From positions 32,800,001 to 32,864,000 of the forward strand of contig NC_087245.1 in assembly GCF_037042905.1 (NCBI RefSeq): a stretch of 64,000 bases of DNA. The letters run 5' to 3'. The translations under genes were made by a program, and so were the position numbers. This document shows, piece after piece, positions 25,149 to 38,544 of this stretch. Position 1 is the stretch's first letter; each line of letters begins with the position of its first letter. The notes below the pieces were generated by a model that saw only the letters and a list, made by a program, of their open reading frames with translations, was not told the origin of the DNA and did no database searches. This stretch comes from Lytechinus pictus (taxonomy: Eukaryota).

Positions 25149-25457
25149 TAGCGAGTTTTTGCAATCGATACGGGAACGAATTCTATAACTTAAAAAAACT
25201 ATTGAAAATGCACGTCAAATCGCAATGAACATCTGAGAGGTCTTTGTCGAAAATTGGCGAACCGACCGGGACAGCTGATCGTCGTAAGATTCGGAGCTGA
25301 CGAAAAATTGCAAATATGTCGCTGTCTATAGTCCAGGACGAAACTGCTATTTTGATTCACCGATTTTCGACAAAGACTGCTTTATCATGAAGGGCTTTTG
25401 ACAACAGATTTTTTAAGTTCTAGAATTCGTCCCCGTCGCGATTGCGAAAACACCCTA
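25149..25457. mobile_element. palindromic MITE
   Basis: gtttttgcaatcgatacgggaacgaattcta... pairs with ...tagaattcgtccccgtcgcgattgcgaaaac. Internal gtctttgtcgaaaat / attttcgacaaagac. Confidence 0.7.
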
Positions 25458-28293
25458 TTATAGGACGAAAATCATGGTAAAAGCAGGTCAACCAAATTTC
25501 GTTTACCCTCCACGCATGTGGCAACTACACTCTTCTTCGTGATCTTAAAAAAATATATTTTATGGCTTTACTTGCAAAAGAGAAAAGAAAAGAGGGGATG
25601 ATGTAAATCATAACCTTTATAATACCAAAGTAAATGCACAAAAAAATGAAGCTTGGGGTGAAAATTCTACCCTTTTTTTCTCTCAATCGCTTCACTCCTG
25701 TGATTTTTATGAGATTCTGAAAACACTCTACAGCACTTGTAGGTTAAAGGTAAAAATTGCTACCGTAATTTTTTTAAAGAAAAATATGATGCTTTCAATA
25801 TTATGAAGGAAACCTAACTCCGCAGCATAGCCGATTGAAATAGGTGGGACAGGATAATTTCCCATACCGTTGTAGTAGGTCCATGTCAATACGTACATGT
25901 ATAATATTGAATGTGGGATAAGACCATAGGGTCATAGACAACATTAATAAGGGGAAGAGGCAATTGTCCCCTTCCTTCTCCATCCCGGTCCGAGGATTGT
26001 GCGGAAGCTTGCACTTTTCTTTTGAAAATTTAATTTCAATTCACCAATTTGTTCACAAAATTATCCTCCAATTTCACCGTTGAAATGCAAATGCCGTGAT
26101 GGTAGCTCGAGTTCCTTGCATTAGAGTTTCTTTTAGAAAAATATGACGTGTCTCTCCATGTGTACGGCTTAGGTTTCCGCCAAAAACTTTCATCCTTCCC
26201 CTCCGGAACTGCTTCAGGTATTACAAAAAATAACAAAACTAGGCATACACTGAAAGTAAAGGGTCAAGATGGTCAAATCTTTATATTGTTACTTATTGAT
26301 AATTTTCTGTGTTTCCTATTTTTATGATTTCGTTTTTAGTTTTACATATTGCGAGTAGAATTAACGAAAATGACAATTGGGCCAATCTACTTCCACCGGA
26401 TATGCTGTGGAGTGCGGACTTATGTTTCCTTTGTGGGCTGTTAGTGCAATCAGGGTATATCATAAAAAGTCTTGTGCATCATAAAAGATAAGCTATTGGA
26501 CACTGCAAAATACAGAAAAAGACACTACACTTCACGTTGACTTCCGAAAATTGACCATACCTGGCATTTTAGGGCCAAAATTACTGTATCAAATTCGTTT
26601 TTTCCTTGTTTCGAACCAGCGCATCTCTATTATTTCTTAAATTGTTTATAAGCCTATAAATTCTCAAAAGCTACAGAAATTTATTTTTTACCCGACTATT
26701 AACTAAAAAAATGGGGTGCCAATTCCGTCCAAATGTTCTCTCCGAATTCGGCATTTTTAAGCTTAGTGATACATTTCTTGATTGATAATGTTTTTTGTCA
26801 AGAAAACTTGTGTATTATTATGCAACATTATCTTAGAATGTTCACTTTGCCCACTTTCATTTATTTTTCAGACAGTACCCATTCCACTGGTGTCAAATCC
26901 ATTTTTGTCCAAAAGTGTCGTATGCGAAAAATTAAGCAATTGGCATATAACATCTAATTTTTTTTTTTATGAACCCCTACAAAAATATATATTAGTGATC
27001 GTGTATGTCTCAAAAGGTAAAAGAAATACCATTTTACATGTTACAACACACACAAAATTAAGAAGAATTTTATTATTTTAATTTTTGTGTCAAATGAGAC
27101 GGCTGTGATACCTATCCTGATTGTAAAACAACCCATATAACCTTTATAAAGATATACAACTGTTGAATACTCCATGTGAATTTGGAATGTCGTAATTCAT
27201 AATGCCTTTGCTAATCTATGTGTATAATGTTTTATAAAATAGTGATTTGGATCCTTGTTATTTATAATGATTATAATATACAATATTTATATAGCGCTTA
27301 ATACAAATGTTTCTAAGCGCTTCATGTTAATTCTCCGACTTTATTTAATAAACAACTCTCATATCATCTCAAACCATGACCGGTTAACAGAACTAGGCAT
27401 TAGAACCGGTTGTTGGTAAAAATTGTATGTTAGCTAAAATCAAATACAGTCAAAATTTCATATGATAATGATCCATATCACTATTTTATCAAGATGAGTA
27501 AATAATCATGTTACACCCTTCTTTTGGCTGATTGTATTTATTCTCGTTACGGTCACTCTCACCCCCACCCCGCATTCCCCCCCACCCCCTCTCCCCCCCC
27601 CCCATCTTGCTCTGTATCGCTCAATCTTGTTCTCTTTCGCTCTCTTTCTCAAGCTCATAATTTTTGTGTGTTTCCATATACAAAACTTTGTTCTTTGTTT
27701 TCTTTTCTTTGTATTGCTTAATATTTTTTCTTGTAGAGTATCCTATTCCCCATCTCTCCCATCTCCCCCCTCTCTCTCATTCATTTTCTTTGCTTGTCCC
27801 TATTAAGTTGCATTCATGCACCAATTACTTCGTTGTTAATCTTCCCAACTTTCTTTCTTGACATCAATTAGCCTCCCCATCACTCTTTTCGTTTCTTTAA
27901 GAACTCTCCTCTCAACACCATTCTTAATAATTCAATCATTTTATTTTCGACAATTTCAAATAACGAAAAAACGTCATTCTTTTATCCTTTAAAAAAATGA
28001 TAATTAGTTCTTCCCATCTAACCCTTTTCACATCCGGGCTATCTCGAACTCGCTCCTGATTTTTCCAGCTTCTTTCTCAATCACATTTATTTTAACCCAC
28101 TGATCCTTTGTCAGACTATCTCATCATCCTATTTACCTTCTCTGTGACAACCCTTTTTTTTTCTTTTCCTTTATTTCTTCCTCTCTATCGTCTCCGTCTC
28201 GCTCTCCCCCTCTCTTTATTTCTGTTCCTACTTTCCTCTCCGTCTCCATCTTCCTTTCTCTCTCTCTTCCGCCTCTCCCTTGCATGAAGAAAA

Positions 28294-28680
28294 AAGAGTG
28301 AACTTCATGGAATGCAAATAAATGAAACCCGATCGATCAACACAATTCAGCAAAAAATAATCTTTTTTTTAAACTTTCAGTTATCTTCAGATTCAAAACC
28401 TCTTATGATGGATGTAAGAAACATTGTGGAAAATAATTTTATCCTACCTAGACGGAGGCCCTGTATTCTTTAGCTTTGGCAATTTTGATACAATATGCAT
28501 ATTTTTGCTTTTTTTAATTCTTATATTGTGCCTCTTTGAAATTCTCTGATAATTATTCAAGAATTCAAATTGTATGTAAAAAAACCATGCAGCACATTGT
28601 CAAAAAATAATCTTTAAATTCAAAATGCAATCAAAAATCAAAATCATTCAACAAAATTGCATTACATGAAGTTCACTCTG
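28294..28680. mobile_element. MITE with gagtgaacttcatg TIRs
   Basis: agagtgaacttcatggaatgcaa ... ttgcattacatgaagttcactct. Confidence 0.6.
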
Positions 28681-29520
28681 TAAATAAACCCCGAAATACC
28701 TCTATTCTTAAATGAATATAAACTTGGAATGATGCAAAGTGGGTCAATAAACGTTTTACCTTTAATTTCTATTTTGCATTGAGCAAAAAAAATCTTTGAA
28801 ACTGACCGAAGTTGCTATTATTGGTGTTTATTATTTTGGAAATATATTGAATAATTTAATCTCACGAAACAGCCCAGAAATAGCTGCCATGTTATTTTAC
28901 ATCTCAATTTTTTTAAAGGAGGAAAATTTGGCGTTAGATTTCAATCCACTTTGCAACATTTTACCTCGTCCTGAATATGGGATGGAAGGGGGGAGGGGCA
29001 GAATGACCCATTGAGACTTGCACATAAAGAAAGGAAACAATTTTTTTAGAACCACATAAAAATTACCAACCAAGAGGACATGGTGGCTAACCTGTCATAT
29101 AAGTTTATTTTATTGATTTTAAATCCATACAAAGGATTCCAATTAAAGAAAATTAAAAATTTTTAGCAAATGATCAAACAGTTACATTAGGTAAAAAAAA
29201 CATTTTCTAAAGAGAATAATTGACTTTCCTTGGTGGCAATAAGATTTGTTGTAATTCACCCTACCCCCCTTTCGTATCAATGTGCAGTTCTCAATGGGGG
29301 AAGGGGATCAAACCTAACCTACTGCAAGCCAAAATCTGACATTATCCTTGTAAGTACTGAATAAGATGAAATTCTTATATTTTAGCATTTTACCAATTTT
29401 GAAAGAAACCCTTCGCAAACTTAACATTACCTTAAAAATATTTGTGTGCTTAAAAAAAGCGACAAATGACAAACATAAATGCTACAGATATCAGAAACAA
29501 TGTCAGCTCTGGCTTGCACA

Positions 29521-29735
29521 TGGGGGCGGGGAGATCACAATAGATAACAAAGGGGCGGGGAGATCACATATAAAAAAAGAGGGGCGGGGGTCATAATAGA
29601 TAAAGGGGGCAGGACTATCACAATAAAAAAAGAAGGGCGGGAGGTCATAATAGATAAAGGGGTTGGGGATAATCATAAAAGATAAGGGGGTGGGGAGATC
29701 ACAATAGATAAACAAGAGGGACGGGGAGATCACCA
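29521..29735. repeat. ~29-30-bp minisatellite
   Basis: About 7 units of ggggcggggagatcacaatagataa(c)aaa. Confidence 0.85.
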
Positions 29736-30939
29736 CGGATGAAAACAGATACTCAAATACAAGCGAAAGACATGAAAATTTATATTCCAAGGTATTTATT
29801 TCAAATTATACGCAAAAAAAAAATATTAAAAAAAAATGACCAGCAGTCGAGAAGACTCATCCAAGTTAGAGTTACCATAGCAACCGACCTTGATTCAATG
29901 AAGCAAACCCTAACACTCACAAACTGGCCAACAGCCTTATCTGAGCCGAGGTCTTCCTGACAGAATCACACAATACATGGCAGACTAACAAAGAGTCCTA
30001 TTTTTTAAGTGTGCAGAGCAGGGCACTGGACACTGCCATGCACGGTCTACTGCATCTTCAACGTAGGTGCTTTATAAGTTCAATCTCAATGACACTTTGT
30101 GTAGTCGAGAGTATGCAAGACAATACCAATTACCATATGAATCAATATGTTAATCTCCTTTGTATTCTAGTTATTCACCCTTGAACAAAGCCACCACCTC
30201 ACTACCAACCCCTCCCCTCTATTCCCCCTCTTCTCCTTACAAGTTTACCAGTTAATCCATTGATTGTTCTCTCTCTCCATACCTCCCTGTACTATCCATC
30301 CAAGGGAACAGTTCATGGAGATTTTTGTCAGTGACTTTCACCAACAGAGTTATGAGCTAATGAATCACTGTATCTGATTGGTCAATAGCAAATTAGTTGG
30401 TGATAATCACTGACAAATCTCATGAAATGCTCCCCATATCTGCAAATCTTCCTTCGTTTCACATCATTTCAACATTTAAATACATGACTGATATGAAAAT
30501 GTTCTAATTTAATTAAACCGTATTATGAATAATCATTTTTTTAAATTGCTAATTAATAATCAATCGTATCATTTCATCATTGTCTTTTTAATTTTTGTTT
30601 ATTTCATTTTTATTGTATTTCATTTATTTTTTTATTTGATTTCAATCTAATTCAATTAATTTGATTTAGTTTAATTTAGTTTAATTTGATTTGATTTTAT
30701 TTCATTTTTATTTTTCGGGGGGGGTGCCTATTCTTTTCAAATGAGCAGTAGCCTGAACAGATGGGATGTATAACACATATTTTGCAAATAAATGCACCGT
30801 TTTTTCTATACATAAAACAATTGTGTTCTATGAACTTCAATGAACACTGCATTTTAGATCAAGTATTTTGAAATAAACTTGATGTTTTTTTTTCTTTTTT
30901 TCCCTCTTTGTTGTCTATGTTTCCCCGTCAAGGTAATTT

Positions 30940-32800
30940 AATTTATTCACCATTATACAATGACCAAATGTTTCGGATTGCGTATGTATCCATCACTTCT
31001 TCCACACAATTTTGAGAGATAGAGCTAAAAGCAGTCGGAATGACATGATATGTGAATCTAGATCTAACAGGTCGAACCCTCAAGATAGGCTCGTCCTGAG
31101 GAAGTGCACTTTATATCCCACAATGCGCCATCAATCATTACAGTACAATTGTATGTTCCCTAGTAGTGAAGCGCAATGTCAACATTCAACACCGAGAAAC
31201 TCTAAAACTCCTTCCAGAATGGAAGTGGAAACACTTTCTTCCGCCAAAAGGAATCTCAACAACGGCACCAAATACAAATTTCCACTGCTCATTCCAGACT
31301 CGATGTGGGAATCCATTTCTTTAGGCAAAAGGCCAGTGACAACAGTAACAATCTTTCAGAAGAACAGACAGCACCAAATGGAATGTCAAAAACTCGTTCC
31401 AGACTGGACGTCAGAGTCCGTTGTAGCAATTAATTTACTAGAGGAAGTCATGCGATTACATTCCTTATCTTCAAACGTACGCCGAGACATTAAAACTAGG
31501 GAACTATAGACTAGAGCGCCCTCTGGTCCGGCCCTACAACAGAGTCCCTGTGAGAATCCTGCTGAGGCTATTCAAGGTACAACAGTCCTCTTTCTTTGAT
31601 CACCATGGTAAGGTCTCGAATAATCAAGATTCCTTGAGGATAAGAACACCATGTGAGGATGCTGATGAGGCTGTTTAAAGAATTACAAGCCTCTCGATCA
31701 CATTGATCACCATAGTCAGATCTTGAAGAGTCATCCACTCCGGCTCCTTCCGGTAGGCAATGTCACAATCTTCTACAACCACAGTAGGTAAAACCCGACT
31801 AGAACCAAGACACAGCTCTGGTTCGGACCGAATCAATTTTTTGAAGCCCAGTAGAGAGATGTAGATTTGAAAAACAACTGCAGATCATGCAAACTTCCAC
31901 CAAATGCCTTCCCAAATACGGCAATCCCTCTTGAATTCTGCTAAGTGAATAAATGCAATTTTTTCATACAGGATATGACTTAAAATGTTCTCGGAGGAAA
32001 AACTACCAGACGATGCAATGCTTGAACACGACGAACAGAGAGTTCAGTAGGTTGACAATCCAGTGGATCACTGCCTCACTCACAGACCAAAATATGGATA
32101 CACGAAAGAGTCAAATCCAATATAGATAGCAAGAGCCTTGCAGATCAGAATGATGTAATGTCGACCAAAATATCCACTTAAAGGCGCCACGTATGAGTAA
32201 GAGATTCAGACGCACAGATTCCTCATAAAATACCAGAATTTCACTTTCTAATAGACAATATCCAACTTACATGATGTTTTGAAGAGCTCTGGAAATCAAA
32301 TATGAAAAGAACACATTCCTCTTGATCAGAGAGTAGGCTACTCGAGGACTTTCACAACATAACCGGATTTTCAAACACCAAATACATAAAGTCACATGCA
32401 ATTGAAACATGTTACCAGAAGAGAGCAAATTAACACATATCAACAGTTCCTCGAATCTCCTCTTTGGAGTGCAAACCGGTTCTTGATCGACCTTGATCAC
32501 TGCCATGCACCAAGCCCAAAAAGGCGTCTTGGCTAACTGCTCCATCTACAAACGTACAAGAGGTCCAATACAAATCGATAGGGGTCAACTAGAAACTCTA
32601 CAGTGGGCAAGGCTCTTGCATAATGGCTTGAAAAGCAAATATCACTTGCTGGCAAGAGAGAAATCAAAATCTGACATTGCACTTCGAAGACTAGATCCCA
32701 GACTTATTTGTAATGCAGTGATTGATGGAATATTTTTTCCCTTTACTTTACACATTGTGGAAATACAATTGAAGCACACAATCCTCGTAAAAATGGGTTA
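30940..32800 (-). mobile_element. heavily decayed L1/Tx1-clade non-LTR retrotransposon ORF2 3' part
   Basis: Minus-strand fragments occur in the expected order: FMYLV (KYLG-like), RVAYSLIKRNVFFSYLISRAL (LSLxGR-like), LVDITSF*SARLL (GGLxLxD-like), QGILIIRDL (GIxxIxDL). The region ends with AATAAA and an A-rich run. Many stops and frameshifts. Confidence 0.5.
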
Positions 32801-34055
32801 ATTTTTGTTTCCTGGTTTTGTTTATCCAAATTCGAGTAGGCCAGTAAAAGACAACGGTTTTGGGCAGACAAACCGATATTGAGAAGCCACCTTCATCACA
32901 ATATCATTATCACCCAATGCCGGTCCGGCAAAATCTCTCGCATTATGTGTTTACATGATGGATACACACTCGGCATTCTCACAAACATTTAGGTTTATGG
33001 TGAATGGGGATAGGACCAAAAGTTTGAATAATTAACTTAAATTAATGTGTCCAAAAGTTAATATGTACAGAAAAGTGGAACAGATTTATTGCAAAATAAT
33101 TTGCACTGCTCTATATCATGGCGGCTCTGCAATTTTTTTAATGTAAATATATACTAATTTCCTTGTTAAATACTTTTGTCTTTTTAGCACATTTTCAAAT
33201 CAGTCATGTCAGATATCATGTTGAAACAATGTGAAACAAAGATATGATTAGACCAGCAGCTAGAACAGATAGTACAGGGAGGTATAAAAAGAAAGACAAC
33301 AATCAATGGATCAACAGATAATGCAAGTATTTTCAAGGTGAAAGGAGAGTGGAGAGTGGAACATGAGGGGAGGAGGGTGGGGATAATGAGAAAGAAAAAG
33401 GGGATAGGGGATTGGGAAAGAGCGATGGGATTTTATACAAGTCCCCACAGTGTTATCGAACTTGCCCTCGGGAATATTGTTTTTGATAGATTTTCATTAA
33501 AAGAATTTGATTCGAAAGAAAATATCATAAATTTTTAAAGGCATTTGAAGTAAAACGCGGATTAAAAGCCAATGTGTGTGAAAAGGCTGCAAAATACTTT
33601 CTACAGTAATTTTACCCTCAGATTGATAATTTCTGGAAAACCAATGGCATTGTCTTGCAGACTCTCGGCTACACAAAATAACATTGAAATCAGAAATAAA
33701 GCACTTACATTATAGAAGCTGTATACCATGCACAACAGTGTCCAGTGCCCCTCTCCGCACACCGAAAAATAGATCTCTTGGTAGTGATGTCACCAATTGT
33801 GTGATTCTGGTAGGAAGACCCCAGCTCAAATCAGACAGAAAACCATGTTTGTAAGGTGTCAGGATTACTCCATCGATCAAATAGGTCAACTGCTATGGTC
33901 CTCCAACTTGAATGAGTCTTCTCGGCTGCTGGTCTTACATTTTTTTCAAGAATGAACAAAAAATAAAATCATGAATACAAAGTAAGTACATAATAAATAC
34001 AATGGTACACTTAAGGACAGGTCCAAGCTATCTGACATTACATGTGGATTAAGAG

Positions 34056-34251
34056 ACGGGGGTGTTTCACAAAGATTTAAGACATCAAAATTTGTCAAAT
34101 ACATCCACTTAAGTGGAAAATAATGGACTGTATTGGTGGAATCACGCTCAAAGAACGCGCTCTTGAGACTACGCAAACCATGAGATGTCAAATTAGCATT
34201 TATATTAAGCACGACTTTAAGTCAGAATTATCAATTTGTGAAACACTTCCC
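34056..34251. mobile_element. MITE (Harbinger-like)
   Basis: gggggtgtttcacaaa ... tttgtgaaacacttccc TIRs. Confidence 0.6.
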
Positions 34252-36549
34252 GGAATTGTATTGCTAGTGTTTTAAACTTTCTAAAAATAAAAATAAATCT
34301 TATGAAATAAAGGCAATTTTTACGACACCTGGCCGATTCTTAGTCGAAGAGAAAACATGATTGCATAATACTACCGAGTCAAAATCTATGCCTCCAACAT
34401 TACCAGAGCAGGAATATATTACACACCTAACTTCTAAAATGTCAAATAATGACCTTCGTGACCTTTGAAATTTGACCTTAACGGCACATCACTTCATTAC
34501 CATCTTTGTAAGTTTCTAACAACTTCTCAGATCACCCACACACAGGGTTCCGAAGTTGTGCAACATTTTGTAAGTTCGAAAATTTTGATTTCATTAATAG
34601 AAAAATCATTGCAATTTGTGTGTTTCAACTAAAACTTGTTTCTTCGCTTCCATAGATTGAAATTAGGCAAATGTAGGCAATCGATGTTGATTACATAGCC
34701 CACAGAAAAATAGAAATGCACAGAATTAGGTAAGAAATGCCAATGACTGTTTTTTGTTCTTAAAAACCCAAACAACACTTGATTTAACCTACCACCGTCT
34801 ACTACTTCACAATCTTTGGAACTTCATTATGAGGGGAGTTACATGAATGAACCCCCTCAAGAAAGTCCTGAAACTGAAGATGCAAGAGAGGTAATAAACT
34901 TATTACCTCCATCATCATAATGTAAATCTGGTATAATTAAAAAGTGAATTTATTCCTCTTTGCGGTGGTCTGTTCTTTTCTATCTTAAGATAACAATGAA
35001 ATGTGCACTGTCCTATTAAATTTGCATTCATGTAAAAAAAAAAAAAGCTGGAATGTGTGCACACATAGTGTATTCTTAATCTCATCTCATTGCATAATGT
35101 ATTTGAGTATGTTCGAGACAATGTTGGACCCTGCCAGCATTAACAATCTGTCATTTGTTTTTAAACGACATTGAGAAGTTAGTTTCTTTGCTTCTTGAAA
35201 TTCAGGATTTTTAAGCTTGTATTTCACGCTAATACTAAATCACCCGGGGTAAATTAAAAAAAATATATTCAAATGAAATGGAGACTTTGTGTAGAAAACA
35301 AGTCAAATTTGCAACATTTCACATCTGACTTTGCCCCATATCAGGGTAACTGCACATTCCATGATTACATAATCAAAACAGATGGCCCTTCATTGCAAAG
35401 AGGAATAATGAAGCTTTCCAATAATGCTAATCTCAATTTCCATCGTTTAGTCAAACTTGAGTTACGGAATTCGTTAGGGATTTAATTTGATTCCGAATTA
35501 TTAAATTCCATCTTGTATGAAGATGATGCTAAAATCATTCTATCATATTAAATGAAAAGGAATCGATTTGATTTAATTTGCTAATAACGAACTTTGCTTG
35601 CTGCTGGCCTAAAAAATACAAATTAATTCAAAAAGTTCAAATTAAACTGAGATTGATGTACAACATTTACCGTAATTTGAAATGCATTACCATTTATCTC
35701 CAATTTATCAATTGAAATGGATAGAAATTGAAATCGAAAATATGCATATTCTAAACTTTTTTTGTGTGTAATAACTTTTCCTATAGAAAAATAAGTTCCA
35801 GTATGCAAAGTATTTTTTTAAGGGGGGAGGTGGGTTCTTTGTGTTCGACAATTCTGCGACAAGTAGGTCCAGGGTAAAAAACCAGAGATAAAACACAATA
35901 GGGGAAAACTCTGGAAAACCTTTGGATCCACTTTTGCAGAATATAGTCAACACAAAATAAACCCAAATGCTATTCATCAAGATAAAACATACACTATACT
36001 ACAAAGTTTTCATGACATTTGCTCCGACAACTTATTGCCCCGATATGAATTCCACACGCTAATCGACCGACTAACTTCAACCTGGATTTAAAACTAACTA
36101 TACCCTTAACATAACCCTAAACCTAAAATAAAACCCTATTGCAACCCTATTATCCTAACCTAAATATATCTGAGACGAAATAAAGCCCGGAGCAATTACT
36201 GTCGGAGGAGCAATAACACCTATCACCATCTGAGCTCGAGGCCTACACAATACGCAAACCATTTCTATCCTTACGCACAGATTAGTAACCATGTCCTACA
36301 CAGTACGCATCCATTGATTTAAAAAAAAAGGTAATTCAGATACTTTATACCATCAGCAAAGCGATAAGATGATAGCTTGGACCTGCTCCTTGGAGCTACA
36401 CAAATTTCATCTTAAAATCGTAAAAGAGCATTCATGAATAGCAAATGCATTAAAATTAACATAGGGCCTATTTGATAATGCAATATGCTCTGAATGATAA
36501 CCGACATTTGGTTCCCATTTAATTGATTGACATTGGGGAAATTTCCTAA

Positions 36550-37005
36550 ACAAATAGGTCACCCCTGGCTGTCTCGCCTGCACTAACAAAAGTTAAGAAA
36601 AAAAGGTTTTAAAATGTTGCACATGTTTAAAAGTTACACACGTTTTTTGTTTGTGATTCAATAAAACCGATTAATTAAATCAAATCACCTGCAATACACA
36701 ATGCAATGTAGCAACAGTGCTGACTTTGAAAATACCTCCATGTAAGTTCAATATTTTTTTTCAAAGAGAGAACGAAAATTCATTTGATAATTATCGTATA
36801 TTCATGAACTTCAACGACCTTTGACCCTGGCTAAGAAACTTATGTTTAATTTCATACCATTCTCTATAAGCAATATCCATCTAAAAAAAGTTTCATTTAA
36901 TTTGAATGAATATTTGTCAAAATGATGGGGGAAAAAATACATTGTTATCCAAAAGCGCCTACGCGTTTTTTCTGCAATGCAGGCGAGACCCCCCCCCCCA
37001 AAAAA
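36550..37005 (-). mobile_element. HINE-like element
   Basis: Perfect 12-bp subterminal IR gtctcgcctgca (~36571) / tgcaggcgagac (~36978). A related end tgcaggcgaga occurs at ~39750. Confidence 0.55.
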
Positions 37006-37509
37006 AAAGGAGGTTATCAACTCTGGTTAAAAACACCAAATAAATACAGCTTTTACATATCAGGATACAATTTATGGATGAACAAATGCATCTTCTCGCT
37101 GAATGGCCGTGATGAGATTCCTTTTACGCACAAAACTTTTCCCATTCCTGGCAGTCATCACCATTGGCAGTAGGTAGTGTTTGATCCTATATCCCACGTA
37201 AATAAATCCTCACGCCAGGCATTCCATGTAAGTGAAACTTTCAAGATTGGTGTCATGTCCTTCTCTCCGGTAGAATATCTCTCTTTGAAGATGGTTAACA
37301 TTAGATAGCGGGCATGTCCATGTTGGGATTACTGAAGGTGTAAAGTGAAAGAACAAAAAAAAAACATTTCTTAAAAAAAAAACATTCATCGTAATGTGTC
37401 TGTGACACGGATGTAAAGATGAAATAAATCAAATTTTGCAGTTGTACCAGTACCGTAAATTTATCAAATTAAACACATTTTTAATATATCCTTCACATCA
37501 CAGTCGTTT

Positions 37510-37851
37510 GGTAAATTGCCAAATCGTCCACTCACCACATGGTCTACCCTCATTTAGTCTAATGCCGTTCCGTCCTTCAACATTTCGTCTAACAACCATT
37601 CGGTCCAATAACCAGTTGGTCCAATCATCACTTCGTCTAATCACCAGTTCGTCTATTACCATTTCGTCTAATAACCAGCTGGTCTAATACCCATTTTCTT
37701 TTCATTCATTTTGCACAATTAACACTTTAGTTTAATTAGACCAAATGGTATATGGACTAAATGGCTATTGGACCAACTGGTTATCAGACGGAATGGCATT
37801 TGACTACCTAAAAGTAGACCATGTGGCGAGTGGGCGAATTGGAAATAAACC
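37510..37851. mobile_element. miniature TU-like foldback element, 8-bp TSD
   Basis: GGT...ACC termini, gtctaat/attagac repeat units, TSD agtcgttt at 37502-37509 and 37852-37859. Confidence 0.85.
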
Positions 37852-37950
37852 AGTCGTTTTGGGGTACATAATAATATAATCCAGGAATGAAATGTTAATT
37901 GTGAAATTACCTTCTTAGTGGAAATTAATTAAACTAAAGTTATGCTTTAA

Positions 37951-38544
37951 AGGGGAATCCAACCCAAATAAAAACTTGTTTTTATAAGAAAAAGAAAATT
38001 CAGACAAGTTGATAGGTGAAAGTTTGAACAATATTGGACAAACAACAAGAAAGTTATGAATTTTTAAAAGTTGTAAATATTGGTAATCACTATACCCATG
38101 GAGACTTCAAATTGGCCGCATATGGGATGTCATAGTGATGTAAGGCAAGGACTACTCTTCCAAGTACTCCAATACATATTATGGCTAAAATGTCATTTTT
38201 CCCAAAAGTTTTATTTCAAATCATATTTTTCTTTCATGAGGACATTAAACAATATACTACCTGGGTTATATTTAGATTACTGCCCCAGGGGAATGGGTAC
38301 TTAGCAGAAAACCACAAATCCTGATAATAAAGTACATGGCCTATGGGAAAGTTGTCCTTGCCCCTTGTCATAATTTACTTACCCAGTTGCCAATTTGAAA
38401 TCTACATACTATTAGTGATCTCAATTTTAAAGCAGCTATAACTTTCTTATTGTTTGTCCGATTTCTTTCAAACTTTCACCATTCTGTTTAATCTATTTTT
38501 CTCCTTCCCAACACAAAATTTTATGGCCAAGGCTGGATTCCCCT
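37951..38544. mobile_element. Kolobok-like non-autonomous element, TTAA TSD
   Basis: ttaa|aggggaatcca ... tggattcccct|ttaa. Confidence 0.8.

Larger units (their letters stand above)
22550..25150 (+). pseudogene. triplicated, decayed coding-like segment of unknown family interrupted by nested MITEs
   Basis: Three related blocks (~22550-22790, 23655-23930, 23930-24090) share gcctgg(t/a)cag...gaatgttgcttgga...tgtgattat. The last reads KNVTWKSPSCDYLTMGW...VQFDLPLERTQFYPVRDVDAWTAFDEYTKLIQRCEKFTG*KNLSMVIGVVIKDPDGLLHVLLRPEQ with in-frame stops. Confidence 0.35.

Noticed and set aside
25801..26236. Short minus-strand ORFs with coding-like composition
   Set aside because: No consistent frame, splice pair or recognisable motif, so the evidence is too weak to call.
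31262..31422. NGxxxxVWNE motif resembling a PLC-type C2 domain
   Set aside because: Short, duplicated and interrupted by a stop. It has no other C2 strands or splice sites and lies within the LINE relic.
31012..31509. 165-aa + strand ORF
   Set aside because: No recognisable domain and no ATG start. It is better explained as the antisense frame of the decayed L1/Tx1 element.
29830..33946. DIRS-like element hypothesis for the inverted repeats
   Set aside because: No tyrosine recombinase, RNase H or LTR-type RT motifs were seen. The internal motifs are L1-like.
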